A stretch of 64,000 bases of DNA from assembly GCA_011109175.1 (NCBI GenBank), contig RDEW01000029.1, positions 755,472 through 819,471 on the forward strand. The letters are read 5' to 3'. The notes under the pieces are model-generated. The model made no database searches and was not told where the DNA came from. It saw nothing but the letters and a program-made list of their open reading frames with translations. Of this stretch, positions 25,323 through 38,578 are shown in pieces. This DNA comes from Dicyema japonicum (Eukaryota; Animalia; Dicyemida). The stretch's first letter is position 1. Each line of letters starts with the position of its first letter. A program made the translations under genes and the position numbers.

Positions 25323-26689
25323 GAACTAGATTTTTGTAACTATTTTGTATTAAATTCTTTGTGATTATCGTGCTATTCGTAACTGCGAGAAAATCTACCC
25401 AAATATTATTAATTTGTTAAGTGATTGTAATTTGTAGCCATTTATTCAATTCACTGGAAATCATTGCCTTTTCTCTGTTGAGTTTATTGCCAAACCTTTT
25501 ATCTCCTCTATTCGCATCCATATCAAGGAAGACGAAGAGAAAATTTAAGCTTGATTATTCTGCAGCTGAAAATTAGCCTGGAAACGTTAAACTACAAGAT
25601 GCTAGTAGTTGGTAAGAGTGTGTTGGCAACTATGAAAATGGAGTGTTCTCTCAGCATCTTGATCTAGTCAACCAGCTGGGATATGAGGAAACAAGGTTGG
25701 TTAGCAATTAATAGTGATTACAGGTTAAGTGAAGGACTACAATATGAATCAGACTACTATTTCAGCCTGAAAGTTGTAAAGCAACTTACTCGGTGTGTTG
25801 GGAAGTTTTTCAGAGGCGATTCGGTCCTCATGGTATTTACATTTGCAGTACTAAAGTGAGAACATAACATACTGAGTGATTGTAGAGAATCAGGGCATTC
25901 AATTGGAGATTAAACGCTATTTTCTTGTTATTTAGTCAATGCTATGTCATTGGACCATCTTTAGAAGAAAGGTAGATGTTATGTACCATGTGGAAATTGC
26001 GTGAGACGGCGATTTCAGTGGCGAAGACACTTAAGTCCGCAATTTACGGATTTCTTAGCGGCCACCATCCATGGTCTTTTTTCTTAGCTTTATTATCCGT
26101 TTAATGGCTTTAGTTTTCAGCTGGTGAAATTGTTTTTACGATTATGTCACGTAATCTCAATTTTTGACATAGCCTCCACACTCTGCTGCCAGATTATCCC
26201 GATTCCGTTAACGTATCACGGAAGTTAACATGTGAATCATGGAGTCATTTGGTCACTTCTAATCTGTTGCCAAGTAAAGTGAATGACAGGCATTGAATGG
26301 TGAACGGCCACAAAGTCAAATTGCTTGAATGACCTTTTTATTAAAGCGGGAGAACCTCTCAATACTGTCCTCACAGCAGTGCTGCCTATTCAGACTGTCA
26401 ATGTGATCACAAACTTTACAAAGCGAAGCAAAGAAAAGCCATCGTTTGAGATGACAGTTTCTCGATCGGAGCGTGGTCACTGATTATAAAAGACACAGTT
26501 ATGTCAATTCGACATCAACTAAGAACTTTAACTAGACCACCCCCACATCTCCACGTTGTTCCAGAGTCCGCCAGCAACAACTTCATACCTGAAATAAAAA
26601 GAAAATTTACCAAAATAGTCAAACACAAGTTATCGAATAATTTCTACGAATTTTACTTTGCTTAATTCTTTTTTTGGTTTAGCTGGTGA

Positions 26690-29480
26690 CGTGGCTCTTG
26701 AACTCAATGTCTGGAAAACACAATATCAAGTTATTGGACTTTAACCAAAATACAAGATTTCAATCGCCTGCCTTCAGGAGACCAAACTAGTCAAAGGGAT
26801 CGAAGAGCAACATGGAAACTTTCGACTAATCTTCCTTCCAGGTGGAAACAAGCACTATGGGCTAGGATTTGCCGTCAGGAATGATCTATCCAAGAGAGTC
26901 TGCCGCTAATACAGTGTGAATGATAGAATCGGGGTGTTGCAATTGAAACTGGATGACCTCAACCCGTCGAAGAAATACCTAATTATAATAAACGTTTACG
27001 GCCCTCACAGTAAAACCCTGAAGAGATTGATGACTTGTACACCAGTCTTTCTGCGTCTTCTCCAAGTATGCTCTCTCAACATTAGTAATGATCGCAGGAG
27101 ACCTAAATGCGAAAGCTGGCACCCAGGTTACGACCGATGATACATCATGGGAAGGCATGGTAGGGGAAAAGAAATTTTCCGGGAATCCTACTAACTAACT
27201 TCTGTTAAACGAACAACCTATTTTTATGCAATACAGCCTTCATGCATTTAGCCAGACATAAATCTACGTGGTCGGGACACAGAACAAATCCCGAAGGGCG
27301 AGTGATAAATATGTACAACCAGATTGACTATATCATATGCAGGTAAAAAGATCGAAGGATTACACTTGATGCACGAGCTTATGGTGGATCGATTATCGAC
27401 AGCGACCACAAAATGGTTATTGCTAGACTTTCTCTAAAGAGATTTATGGTACTACAAAGAACGAAATGGAAGCACATTGAAACCACAGAATCCAACTCTA
27501 GGCGTTATAACTTGGAATCCTTAATCAGTCAATCAGAAGGGGCCCTAGCATTCAAAGAATATCTGGATGCAGAACTAGAAAACATGCCTACAGATTTGAA
27601 AATCTTGGGATTTTGTAAAGCAGTCAATACACAAAGGAGCCAATCTGCATCTATTAAAAGAAAATGAGAAAATCCCATTGCATGTACACGGTGAAGGACC
27701 TTGCAATAAACAGAAGACCTTGCCAATAGCAGATTAAAACTATCAAAGCAGAAATAAAAAAATCTATCGCCAGCATAGCAGAATAGAGCACTGGACCAGA
27801 TTAAGAAGATAGAATCTCATAAGGACAACGCTAAATTCTACGAGGCTGTTAAACAGATAAAAGGAAAGAGACCCCATCAACCGATAATGATAAGAGATGA
27901 CAAAGGAACGCAGATTGCGGACCAAAGGGAAGTGGCGGAAATTATCGCTGCCTACTTTGGAAAACTTTTCAATCCAAGAACGAGGAAAATTGGACGAAGA
28001 AATCACACCATTTGAAGTTGAACTTGCGAATTCCAAGTTGAAAAACAACAGGACTCCTGGCCCCGACGGACTCGGTGGTGAATTCTTCAAATATGGAACC
28101 CAAAAGCTGTATGAATGCATCGCTAGGATCCTGAATGAAATGTACTATTATGGTCACACGCTGACCCTAGGAGAGGGTATCTTGATACCTGTACAGAAGG
28201 CGAATAAACCAAGAGCTAAGGTGGAGAACCTCCGTCCAGTTATATTAATGAATTCACTTCGGAAAATTCTGGCGAACAAAACATTACAAAGGATAGAAAG
28301 ACGCCTAGATACATTTCTGTCGCTATATCACAACGGATTCCGAAAAAGAAGATCTACTTCCGATGTTATGTTGTCCCACAAGTGGAGATTTGCGGTCGTT
28401 CAGAAGTTCAAAATGTCTAAATCCATCCTCTTAATCAACATTTCGAAAACCTTCGACTCTGTCGACTGACGGAGGCTAATACTCGTTCTGGGGAGTTTCC
28501 TAGACGCTTCACTGTCAGAATGGCCACCACCCTCCTAGCTGATACTTGACTCACTGTAAGAGTCGGGGGAGCCTTATCTCGCCGATTTGAGACGACAGGG
28601 AACCCATTATCACATATCCTTTTTGTCATATATCTTGAAACTGCTTTACGGGAATCAAAACCGATAATGGGTGAAAAGACAAACATTATTGCGTATCATG
28701 ACGACGTAGACTTTATTTCAAACGACAAAATACCGCTCACCCGCTTGATGGAAGAAGTGTCTGGAAGACTAGCCGAATGGTTCCTAACAGTAAATCTGGA
28801 CAAGACTGAAATAAATGAACTCAAGAGGGAAGAAACAAGGACGGAGGAGCACTGGCGCAAGTGCAAAAAGCTTGGCTCCCTCCGGAAAAATTACAAGAAG
28901 GAAAACCCTAGCACAAACTGCCCTCTCCAGATTAATGAACACCTGGCTCCACAAAAAACCTTGATATTATAACAAAAACTCGATTATACAACTAGTGAAA
29001 CCCATACTACTGTGTAACGCTGGTACCTGGGCCTCCTCAAGAAATGAACTGAAGAGGCTTAATTCGTTTCATAGAGACCAACTACGGCATATGATGTTCG
29101 AAAAAGTGATACGAAGATGTTATCTAATCTTCTTTATTAGAAGACGAAGACCTCAGAAATTTCTAATGAGATTCTGGATACACGATGGAGGCTTTTCGGC
29201 CATATTCTGCGACTGGACCTAGATGCCCCGCGAACGTAGCCATGGAGGATTATTTCATGTTGGTGGCCCGTTTTCGTGGCCCCAAGGACGACACTGCCAG
29301 TCGTCCTCGACGAGGACCTCAAAGAAATGGGACGGCATCTTGAAGTGGAGAGGATCTTGATTAGCTACGCACTGCGGCTTTGAATTGGAGGAAGTGGATG
29401 AAATTAACCAGTGATTTGCTAACTCGTGTTGCACATGCTTTGTCAAGTCCCAAGTGATAAGTGCTAATAATAATAATTCT
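26690..29480 (+). mobile_element. RTE-type LINE, near full length, decayed
   Basis: IACLQET, YLCNTAF..NQIDYI..SDHK (APE); TPGPDG, ENLRPV, QG-type RT block and YHDDVDFIS; 3' gcac..gtgc(taa)n tail. Confidence 0.9.
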
Positions 29481-29639
29481 ACGCAAATTATATTCCTAAA
29501 TTCAATCATCACAATCTGACATGAGTTCTTATCACAAAATCTAACTAAAAATCAAGCTGAATACCGTTCAATAGCAGTAACTACAGGAAACACGACAAAT
29601 CCATGATTTTTATTGAAGACTCCCTATTTTTTTCCTAAT

Positions 29640-31345
29640 AGAGAACTTTTCCTAGATAGATGCGGCCGTTGGATTTATTAATAAAATGATTTTGTTTGCC
29701 CGAAAAAAGTTTATTCCAATGGGGCGATTCAAGACTTTTTCAGATAAATTCGATAAAGACCGAGGGTACTTATTGCAAGAAGAAATAAACTAAAGAAAAC
29801 TATAGATAAAACAGCATCCTTGAATACTGAAATTACACATCTGAATAAGGAAATTACCAAAAGGATCAGAAATAAAAACAAAAAAATTGGGAGGCTGCTT
29901 TGCATATATGTAAACAGACATGCGAAGACATCATCCTTAAGGAGAACACTACGGAAACTCAAAAAGATTCCCAAATAACATACACCAGGTAATAATCCTG
30001 ACACAATTATGAAATTTTATGTCAGTTTAAGCCACAAACATAATTGAAACTGGATCATCAACCGAAACACAAAAAAATCCATTCATCGAATATTTCAAAC
30101 CACTGGATGTATTTCATGCAATTAAATACATGAAAAATACAAAATTCAAAGGGCAATATCGATTCTTTGTGGCCTTTCAAGAAGATTGGAAAATTAATCC
30201 TCACAATATTACTCATTCGCTTGATCTTGCAAGTTTCCAACATGGCTTCAGATCGGGATACTCAACTTCACACATCTAACAAAACTAACTCAGTTCATCT
30301 CGGATGGACAGAACTACTCAAAACCACATAAAAGAACGGTACTTGTCGCTCTGGATATCGAGAAGGCGTTTGATTCAGTACCCAGGAAGACTCTAACAAC
30401 AAAAATTTTTGACACCGATATCCATCCGAAAATCCAGATGTGGCTGGCCAATTTCATTAATGGTAAAAGAGCCCTAGTTATCATGAATAATAGAAAATCA
30501 AGATAACAATACCTCCCCAACGGGTCCCTCAAGGATCCCCTTTATCACCAACCTTGTTCAATTTATTTACAAGAGACCTTCCAAATCCAAAAATCCGAAA
30601 TACCATCCCTTCTGTTTTATGCCGACGATCTCATTGTCGCCAGCAAGACACCAAGACCATAAAGAAGCTGCGCGAAAGGTTCAGGAGACGCTCGACATTA
30701 TGAACCCATGGATTCTCAAAAACCACATGAAAATATTCCCTGGGAAGTCGAGCATTGCGATTATCTCCTCCTACAGGAAACATACATCCTTCGATCCTAA
30801 ATTAACTTGGAATGGAGAGCTTATCTCAGTTAATAAGAACCCATCAATCCTTGGAGTTACATATGACCCGTTGATGACGTCCACATATCATGTAAACACA
30901 ATAATTACAAGAGTTCAAAAAAAGATGGGAATCCTAAAGACCATTGCTAGATTTCCAATATCTTCACTTTCTCATCTCAAATTATTATACAAACAGTATA
31001 TTTTACCGACAATGGAACATGCATGTACGGCGTACACCCTTGTCAGCATCCACGCAGAACAAATTAGAGGTCATACAAAACCAATGTTTCCGGATCCTTC
31101 TTAAACGTGACAGAATGACCCTTACGTCGAAAATGAGGAACACATTAGATCTCAAAAGTTATGGACATCTCGGTGACGAACAACAAAAATTCTTGAAAAT
31201 GGTGCGATCTTCTGGTAGCCCTTTTGAAGATGAGTTTTTTGCCTACCAGAAGTATGCTCGCAATTTCACTTTTTGGACGATCATAAAAGATTGCAGACAA
31301 AATCGGAAACAAAGAGGACGCACTGACACCGGGATCACTTAATTA
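29640..31345 (+). mobile_element. I/Jockey-like LINE, RT and 3' part
   Basis: QHGFRSGYST, LDIEKAFDSV, FYADDL and ILGVTYD motifs; ends gggatcacttaattag like 7495, 22640 and 57020. Confidence 0.85.
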
Positions 31346-32015
31346 GACGATAACTTTTTCCTCTTTCCTGCATTTCCGGGGTTATATTAATAATAATAAA
31401 GAATAAAAATTAACCTGGACAGGCTTAATGCCTGGATAATAGAAAACTGGCTGGTGGTGAATGCAGAGAAGTCGTCTACGTCACTATTTACCTCTGACAA
31501 AAGATTGGGAAGGAAGACAGTCACCTTGAAGTTAAACAAGGTCAGCATCCCATTCAACAGATGTCAAAGGATCTTGGGAGTGACAATTGATATGCATCTC
31601 TGTTTACAAACCTATTATTGAAATGCGAGAAAAAACTGAACGAATTGAAAAGTTTATCGGGAATATGAAAACAATGTTTTTGTTGCAAAACAAAGTCTTG
31701 ATTTCTTTATTATCTTTTCAGGTAAATTTTAGTCATATTTTAGGACTTCGTGGATTTTAGTATTTTTTGTTAGTTTCAGTGAGGTAATTAAATACATTTT
31801 TATTGTTTTTACAAGTTTTCAAGGTTTGTTTATTCTCCTTCTGAATATTATGAGCATAAAGCAAACTAATCGGCATGTGTTCACACATAAATAACACAAT
31901 TTACTAATATTTCTGATTTTCATTTGATATAATATGTTTGTGTACATTTTGCCTTCTATACGATTACAAGATGAGCTTCTAATATCTTGGTCCTCTTCGA
32001 TTTCTGCGTTAGTAA

Positions 32016-32322
32016 GCCGGGTGGCTTAGTGGTTAGGTGTCGGGCTTAAGTGGCTTAGGCTACGGGTTCGAATCTCGCTGCTGTTCTCCTGGTGGAAGGT
32101 TCCACGCATCTACGATGCAGAAATGGTTTGACGAGTGACGTCGTCATCAGTGAATACTCACTGCGGAACTGGATTGTCTAGAAAGGACACTCACACAAGA
32201 AAAAGAAAAAAAGTGAAGATCATTCCTCGATTAGTTAAAATTAACTGTTCTTTACTTAAATAAAGTGTGTGTCCTGCCTATGCGGAGCTATAAAATACTA
32301 TGGCTCTCGTGAAAATGCTTTA
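32016..32322 (+). mobile_element. tRNA-derived SINE, family A, copy 2
   Basis: Collinear with 3750-4069 at high identity, with the same RTE-like tail. Confidence 0.9.
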
Positions 32323-32991
32323 TATAATCCCGGCCTGACAAATTTGTAAGAGACCGGCGAGTATTAAGTAGGATGCAACAAATGCCTGTAGCTTTCATAG
32401 ATCAGTAAGTCTTGGCATTGTAGACGAATACTGTAATTCAAGAATATTCAAAAAGGTGAATTACTGTCAATTTGGAAGAGTTGCAAAAGGAATAGAAAAC
32501 ATTTTTACAAGTTCACTTATGTTTGTAGAGAGGGGTGGTGCCCACATCGTAGATGAGCCAGGTTCACTCAGTCCATCGGAAGAGAGGATTTTGATTAGAG
32601 AAGAGGGCCCGCTGTAGGATTTTATTATCATCGATTCTACTCTCTTAAAACATGGCATCCTAACGAAAAAAGTTATTAGAATTCTCAAGAACCCACATAT
32701 CAATCACAGACTACGTATGCGAATTATTGAGAAAATAATTTGAAACGACCATGAGAATTATCTGTCATTTATATGTATACTTCCGGGAATGAAAGAGGAA
32801 AGATCACATCACCTTTATCGTACAAAATATCATATTTTTAAGACTATAAGGTTTATTCTTAGAGCATTCCTATTAACCAAAAAAGGAATGCATCTCATTG
32901 CGGAGGTTTCTTTTTCCAGCATAGCCTCAAAGCTAACAGACAAAGAAATCCTTCCTGCGGGGTTCAATCAATTTCAGCTACTTTAGAATAC

Positions 32992-33386
32992 TAATTGAGC
33001 TTAAATGACACAGTTAATTAAATTCAGTAATTGGGCTTAAATGACTCAGTAAACTAAATTCAGTAATTGGGCTTAAATGACTCAGTAAACTAAATTCAGT
33101 AATTGGGCTTAAATGACTCAGTAAACTAAATTCAGTAATTGGGCTTAAATGACTCAGTAAACTAAATTCAGTAATTGGGCTTAAATGACTCAGTAAACTA
33201 AATTCAGTAATTGGGCTTAAATGACTCAGTAAACTAAATTCAGTAATTGGGCTTAAATGACTCAGTAAACTAAATTCAGTAATTGGAATTAAATGACCCA
33301 GTTAACTAAATTCAGTAATTGGGGTTAAATGACCCAGTTAACTAAATTCAGTAATTGGGCTTAAATGACTCAGCAAACTAAATTCA
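32992..33386. repeat. 36-bp minisatellite, about 11 units
   Basis: Unit ttcagtaattgggcttaaatgactcagtaaactaaa: 7 identical copies at 33023-33274, 3 variants after and 1 degenerate before. No unique spacers. Confidence 0.95.
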
Positions 33387-33875
33387 TTACTGTAAGTTGT
33401 TCATATGATTAAGACCCGGAGACTCGGTTCTTGCCAACTAAAGAGCAGAGTTTAAATATTTTATAGGAATAACGACTGATGATGCTATTTTAAGGACTAA
33501 ATGGTGAGATTAGCTGATTCAAGTCGCATAGAAGAGGTAATGTGAGGTAGACGAAAGATCATTGTCATTAATCTTTATAATTAAGCTATTAATGATCTTG
33601 GGATTTGTCTGATAAAAAATGTTTTCAAGGATACTCTAATAAACAAGTTTAGAAATGAGGATTTTTTTTCTGTAATAACAGTTTCCATATTATTAGACTT
33701 CATGTCTTTACATTCTCCACTTTCTGTTATAGAAGACATATAGTAAAAACTATGTTATAATAATATCCACTGGACATTTGATTGTAGTAATTATATTTAT
33801 AAATCTTAATATTTCAACTTTTGAAAAGCACCAATTAATTCTAATTAATTCAATATTATATATTGTTCACCTATA

Positions 33876-34140
33876 ACCTAGTTACAAGTTACATTCATAA
33901 ATATGTGACCTATATTTGAAAACCAGTATTAACCCCATAAAACACAAACAATTAACTAATTTAATTATTTTTTCTGCTTTTGAAACGACTATAGAGTTTA
34001 AATATTTTTTTATTTTGTACAAACATCGTTTTTTCTAAACTTTTTTATATAAAATACATCAAAATGGTAAGACAAAATAAAACTCCACAAAGAAACCCTA
34101 ATAAAATCCCTGAAAATTAAAAATTTTAAAATAACCTAGT
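33876..34140 (-). other. Duplicated TM and cytoplasmic exon cassette of the lectin gene
   Basis: Diverged copy of 37283-37552: 26-nt intron, exon GILLGFLCGVLFCLTIL, 24-nt intron, tail (I)KNDVCTK*. Confidence 0.75.
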
Positions 34141-34150
34141 TAAAAAAAAA

Positions 34151-37100
34151 ACGTGTTGTCGTTGTGTTGTTGTTTTTCGCCTATTGTGATTATTTTCCTA
34201 TTTTTGACTTTCTCTTATTGACTATTTTCGCCTATTGAGACTATTATCCTATTCTTGATTTTCGCCTATTGAGATTATTCCCCTATTATTGATTTTCGCC
34301 TATTGTTGATTCAGTGGAATGTTACTCGAAAAGTCATCGTCTAATTGCTCTGCCTGCAACATGAGCAATTTGAGAAAGTTTGGAATTTCTTGTTCTGCCT
34401 GTGGAGTCTTCTTTCACCTCGGGTGTTTGAAGCTCTCTCAGGTCTCTATCCGTGCTCTTGGGTATGGCACTGCCGCTCGTGCCTTGGAATTGGTTCGGGG
34501 TTTCCTAATGGTCACGCGAGTGCATGTACCTCCGGGGAAGACCTTTCCCATTTGGATCCAGATTCGCTGCTCAAAATTATCAATGAACGCCGGTCATCGA
34601 GGAGTATCCCGGTGAAGATCCCTAAATCTGCCCGCCCCCTAGCTGCCGAAGCCTTAACTAAAGCAATCGACGATGCACTCCGCTCCGACTCTATAAACGA
34701 CTGAATACGTTTGTTTAATTTTGCTCCTTTCGCTCTTGGCTCCTCCAGAGATCGCAATCGGAAAGAGTCTCTCTTGATTGAGATGAAGAACAACATCCGC
34801 GCATTTATAGATGGAACTCACTTTACGGACCTCACGTCCTTCTGCATCCGTGCAACTGAGACTGGAGTTCAACTCGGGAAACGGAGATTCTTCGCCTAAG
34901 AAGGACCGGACGATCGAAGTTGCTTGAAGGAGGAACCCGATCCGCATTGAAGGCCCTCTCACTCTCAGATGGACCACGCAATCCAACCATTGTTACAAGA
35001 CTCTATTGGGGAAACATCCACCCTCTCCGAATGACCTACGCCTTTGCTCGCCCCATCAGAAGTGAGCCCTTTGACCACGTCGCCTGAGGATGTCATCACG
35101 GCGTTATGGAACTTTGCACCAAGTAGCTGTTGAGGTCTCGATGGCTTAAGGCCCGGCCATCTTAAAGACCTTATTTCATCGACTATTGGAGACCAAGCAA
35201 GTCGTCTTTTATACTCACTCACTTCTCTTATGAACAGGATATTATCTGGACATCTACCTGATTTGATACGCCATATCTTGTTTTCGGCTAGTCTGATTGC
35301 CGTCGACAAGAAGGGCGGTGGAATCCGCCCGATCGCGGTCGGATTCACTTTCAGAAGACTAGCAGCCAAGATTGCTTTCAGATTTTCTACGTCAATCTTG
35401 TCAAAATCCTTACTTCCCAGTCAAGTTGGAGTCGGAGTTCGTCTTGGATGTGAGGCAGCCGTTCACTCCGTCAGAAGATTCAGGAACAGCAGCATTCAAG
35501 ACTTTAAAAGGCACATTATGGTAAAACTGGACATCAAGAACGCTTTTAACAGCTTAAGAAGAGACTGCATTCTGGAGGCCTGCAAGGAAAGATGTCCGTA
35601 CATATTTGAACTGGTCAATTATTCATACGGAAAACCTTCATCACTATTGCACGGGGATTTCATAGTTCCATCGTCCTCAGGTGTTCAACAGGGCGACCCC
35701 CTCGGACCACTGCTGTTCTCCCTCGGCATTGAGAGGATCACGAAGCTCTCTAGATGCCCACTCAACATCTGGTACCTCGATGACGCTGTCTTAGGAGGTC
35801 CCCCGGAAACGGTCTTCCAGGACTTAGAAGTACTCATCCCCGCGCTGTCCGAGGTGGGTCTTCAGTTGAATATAACGAAATGTGAAATAACAAACTGTGG
35901 TCTTGCTGACGATGACTTCTCTTCAATTGTTCAAAAATTTTACTCCTTGTTTCCCGGTGGGATTTCGACCCCTGAAAATGAATTGATTTTTCTTGGATCC
36001 CCGATCACTAGTAATGCGATGAAGCATGTCCTCCTTGACAAAAAACGACTCCTATGCGATTCGCTGGAAAGATTACAGCTGCTGGACTTGCACACAGCAC
36101 TATTCCTATTGAAAAGAAGTCTCAACATCCAGAGAATCTCCTATCTACTAAGGACAGCTCCATATTATTCTCAACTGGAGCTGCTCGAGAATTTTGATTT
36201 GTCTCTCCTCAGCTCGACGGAGCAAATATTTAATGTCCGATTCGACGATGATACATGGATGCAGGCTACACTCCCAGTTAGATTCGGGGGTCTTGGAATC
36301 CGTCGAACTTTGGACGTCTCACTTCCCGCTCATTTATCATCACTCACGGCCTGCGAACCTTTGGTCAGGAGGATTCTACACTCCCCACCCGAATTCTCAA
36401 CTGACCAAGAGATAATCCACGCACGAGAAGCCTGGAATGCCACCAACCTCCCCCTGCCTCCTTCCCAAGATCGCCAGCGAAACCTGGACAACTTATTATG
36501 CTGGAAATCATTTGGACTCCTACTGGAATCTGCCAATCAGCACCGACGCGCTTGTTTGCTTTCGGGGGCTTCCCCTGAGAGCGGAGCTTGGCTAAACGCC
36601 ATCCCCAATGGAGCTTTGGGCACTTTTCTGGATGATGAATGCGTTAGAACTGGTATCTCTCTGCGGCTGGGACTAAAAGTATGTGTACCTCACCCGTGCC
36701 GATGTGGTCCTGATAGACTGCTATGGCCTGCACCCTCTCGCCTGCAGGAGGAGCGCTGGCAGATCCCCAAGGCACAAGGCTCTGAATGAAATTGTCAGGC
36801 GAGCTATGGATGCTGCTGGATACTCGGCCATTCTTGAACCGGTCGGGTTATGCAGAAGTGACGGGAAACGACCGGACGGGATGACCATATTTCCATTTGA
36901 GGCCGGGAAACCACTGGTTTGGGATGTGACATGTACAGACACGTTCGCCCAGAAAAATCTTCACGAGAGTGCTACAAGGGCCTGTTCAGCATCCGTAAAG
37001 GCGGAGAAGGCCAAACTCGTTAAATACGTCGACCTTCCCGATGATGTCAAATTTGTTCCCCTTGCTATGGAGACTTCCGGATCCTACTCCCCCTCTACAC

Positions 37101-37281
37101 TCGAGTTTTTCGGACGTCTTGGAAACCGGATCACCTCATGCACTGTAGATCTCCGTGAACGCCGCTGGCTATTTGAGCGAATTTCGCTCGCAATTTTGAG
37201 AGGGAACAGCCACGCAGTGAGGGCGGAAACTACCTGACTTCTATTGTTTAAATTTACTTGTCAATAAAGTCAAAATTTAAA
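34151..37281 (+). mobile_element. Full-length PHD-finger CRE-clade non-LTR retrotransposon (PHD-RT-RLE), a few stops and frameshifts
   Basis: PHD (CSAC..CSAC..FHLGC..WHCRSC); RT (IRPIAVG, QVGVG, KLDIKNAFN, GVQQGDPLGPLLF, WYLDD); CCHC knuckle (CRCG..HPLAC); RLE (RHKALN..KRPDG..LVWDVTC..ETSG). Flanked by aacctagttaaa at 34133-34144 and 37282-37293. Confidence 0.93.
34174..34306 (+). repeat. Tandem motif array in the CRE 5' UTR
   Basis: Four copies of ttttcgcctattg interspersed with cctatt variants. Confidence 0.8.
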
Positions 37282-37366
37282 AACCTAGTTAAACAAGTTT
37301 ACATTCTTAAATATAAGTGACCTGTTTTTGAAAACCAGAATTAAGCCATAAAACAAAAAAGATTCA

Positions 37367-38578
37367 CTATTTAACTATTTTTTTCTGCTTTTGATTGATT
37401 CCTCCATGAAGTGTAGCTGTTTTTTCATTTTTGTGAAAATATCGTTTTTTTCTGAATTTTTTTATATAAAAAACCTCAAAATGGAAGGACAAAATAAAAC
37501 TCCACAAAGAAACCCTAATAAAATTCCTGAAAATTAAATAATTTAAAGTAACCAATATAATTTAATAGACCTTTAGAGCATTCTGACTCGACTGAATGTG
37601 CAGATTCTGATCCACTTAGTTTAGAAATATTTGAAGGTTTATTTGTTGTTGAAATCATTTGTATCGATTCTTCCATAACTATAGATTTTAAGGTGGTACT
37701 AGTTGGGGTTTCTTCAGTTGCTTGGTTAGTAGTTGCAGAAATTGGGGTCGGACTATAAGCGGTTGTTTCTGTCGTTCTTTTAGTAGTTTCAGAAGTTGAG
37801 ATCTGACTATTAGCGGTTGTTTCTGTCGTTCTTTTAGTAACTTCAGAAGTTGAGATCGGATCACTAGCAGTTGTTTCTGTCGTTCTTTTAGTAGTTTCAG
37901 AAGTTGAGGTCGGATCATCAGCGTTTGTTTCTGTCGTTCTTTTAGTAGCTTCAGAATTGGAGGTATGACTATTACTGATCATTCCGACTGGCTTTTTAGT
38001 AAATGTAATGGTTGTTTGTGGTAGAGCATCTGTTTATTAAAGCATAAACTTACTTGTTTGACATGCGAATCCTTGAAAATATTGAGAATTATAACAATTA
38101 CAACGTTTCCATCGCCAAGCAAAATATTTTGATAGACAAATACAGTTTTCAAAAGTAGAATAAGGATCGGGAACAAAGTCTGTATAATTCAAAGGTTTTC
38201 CTTGAAAGTAAAAAACTTATCTACCATTAAACATCCAGACCGAATTTTCATAATATCCAGCTATGTAGATACGAGTATTATCATCAAAATGCCTTGTATT
38301 TAAATATGCACTAATATTCGTTGAAGTTTCATCTGATTCAATTAATGCCTAAAATATCAATGAAGATTACAATTTCCGCTCTCATTTGGCTGCATAACTT
38401 TTTAGCATCGAAATAACTTATTTGTTGAATAACAAAATAATAGCAGAATAGGTTATGCTCAAACACATTATTTCCATATGTATTCTTAACAGGACATTCA
38501 CAAAAAACTAAAAAATATCAAAATAAAATAATCAGAAATGATTAAAACAAAAAGGTTATACATAATTGGGTCAAACAT
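37367..38578 (-). CDS. C-type lectin domain, Thr-rich mucin stalk, TM receptor (copy B; first intron donor mutated)
   Basis: Introns 38508-38532 (AT donor), 38349-38370, 38201-38224, 38030-38053, 37527-37552 and 37452-37474 give CP..CYYFV..DAKKLC..ALIESDE..IAGY..GKPLNYT..ENCICL..WKRC..GFACQ, then the mucin stalk, LLNYIGILLGFLCGVLFCPSIL and RKKR..*. Confidence 0.88.
37745..37970 (-). repeat. 54-bp coding repeat (18-aa STSETTKRTTETT-type mucin unit, about 4 copies)
   Basis: Visible in ORF 37515..37982. Confidence 0.9.

Noticed and set aside
26690-26720. Third 2A-like motif (LAGDVALELN)
   Set aside because: Lacks NPGP and wrong spacing; overlaps the normal RTE endonuclease start.
32992-33386. 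CRISPR-like 36-bp repeats, or a coding repeat (FSLLSHLSPITE on the - strand)
   Set aside because: No unique spacers and no cas genes. The - strand frame hits TAA in three variant units and has no start.
34512-35369. Long antisense ORFs over TEs (e.g. 34965..35369, 8031..8450, 59478..59795) as separate genes
   Set aside because: They are shadow frames of GC-richer retroelement coding sequence with no independent motifs.
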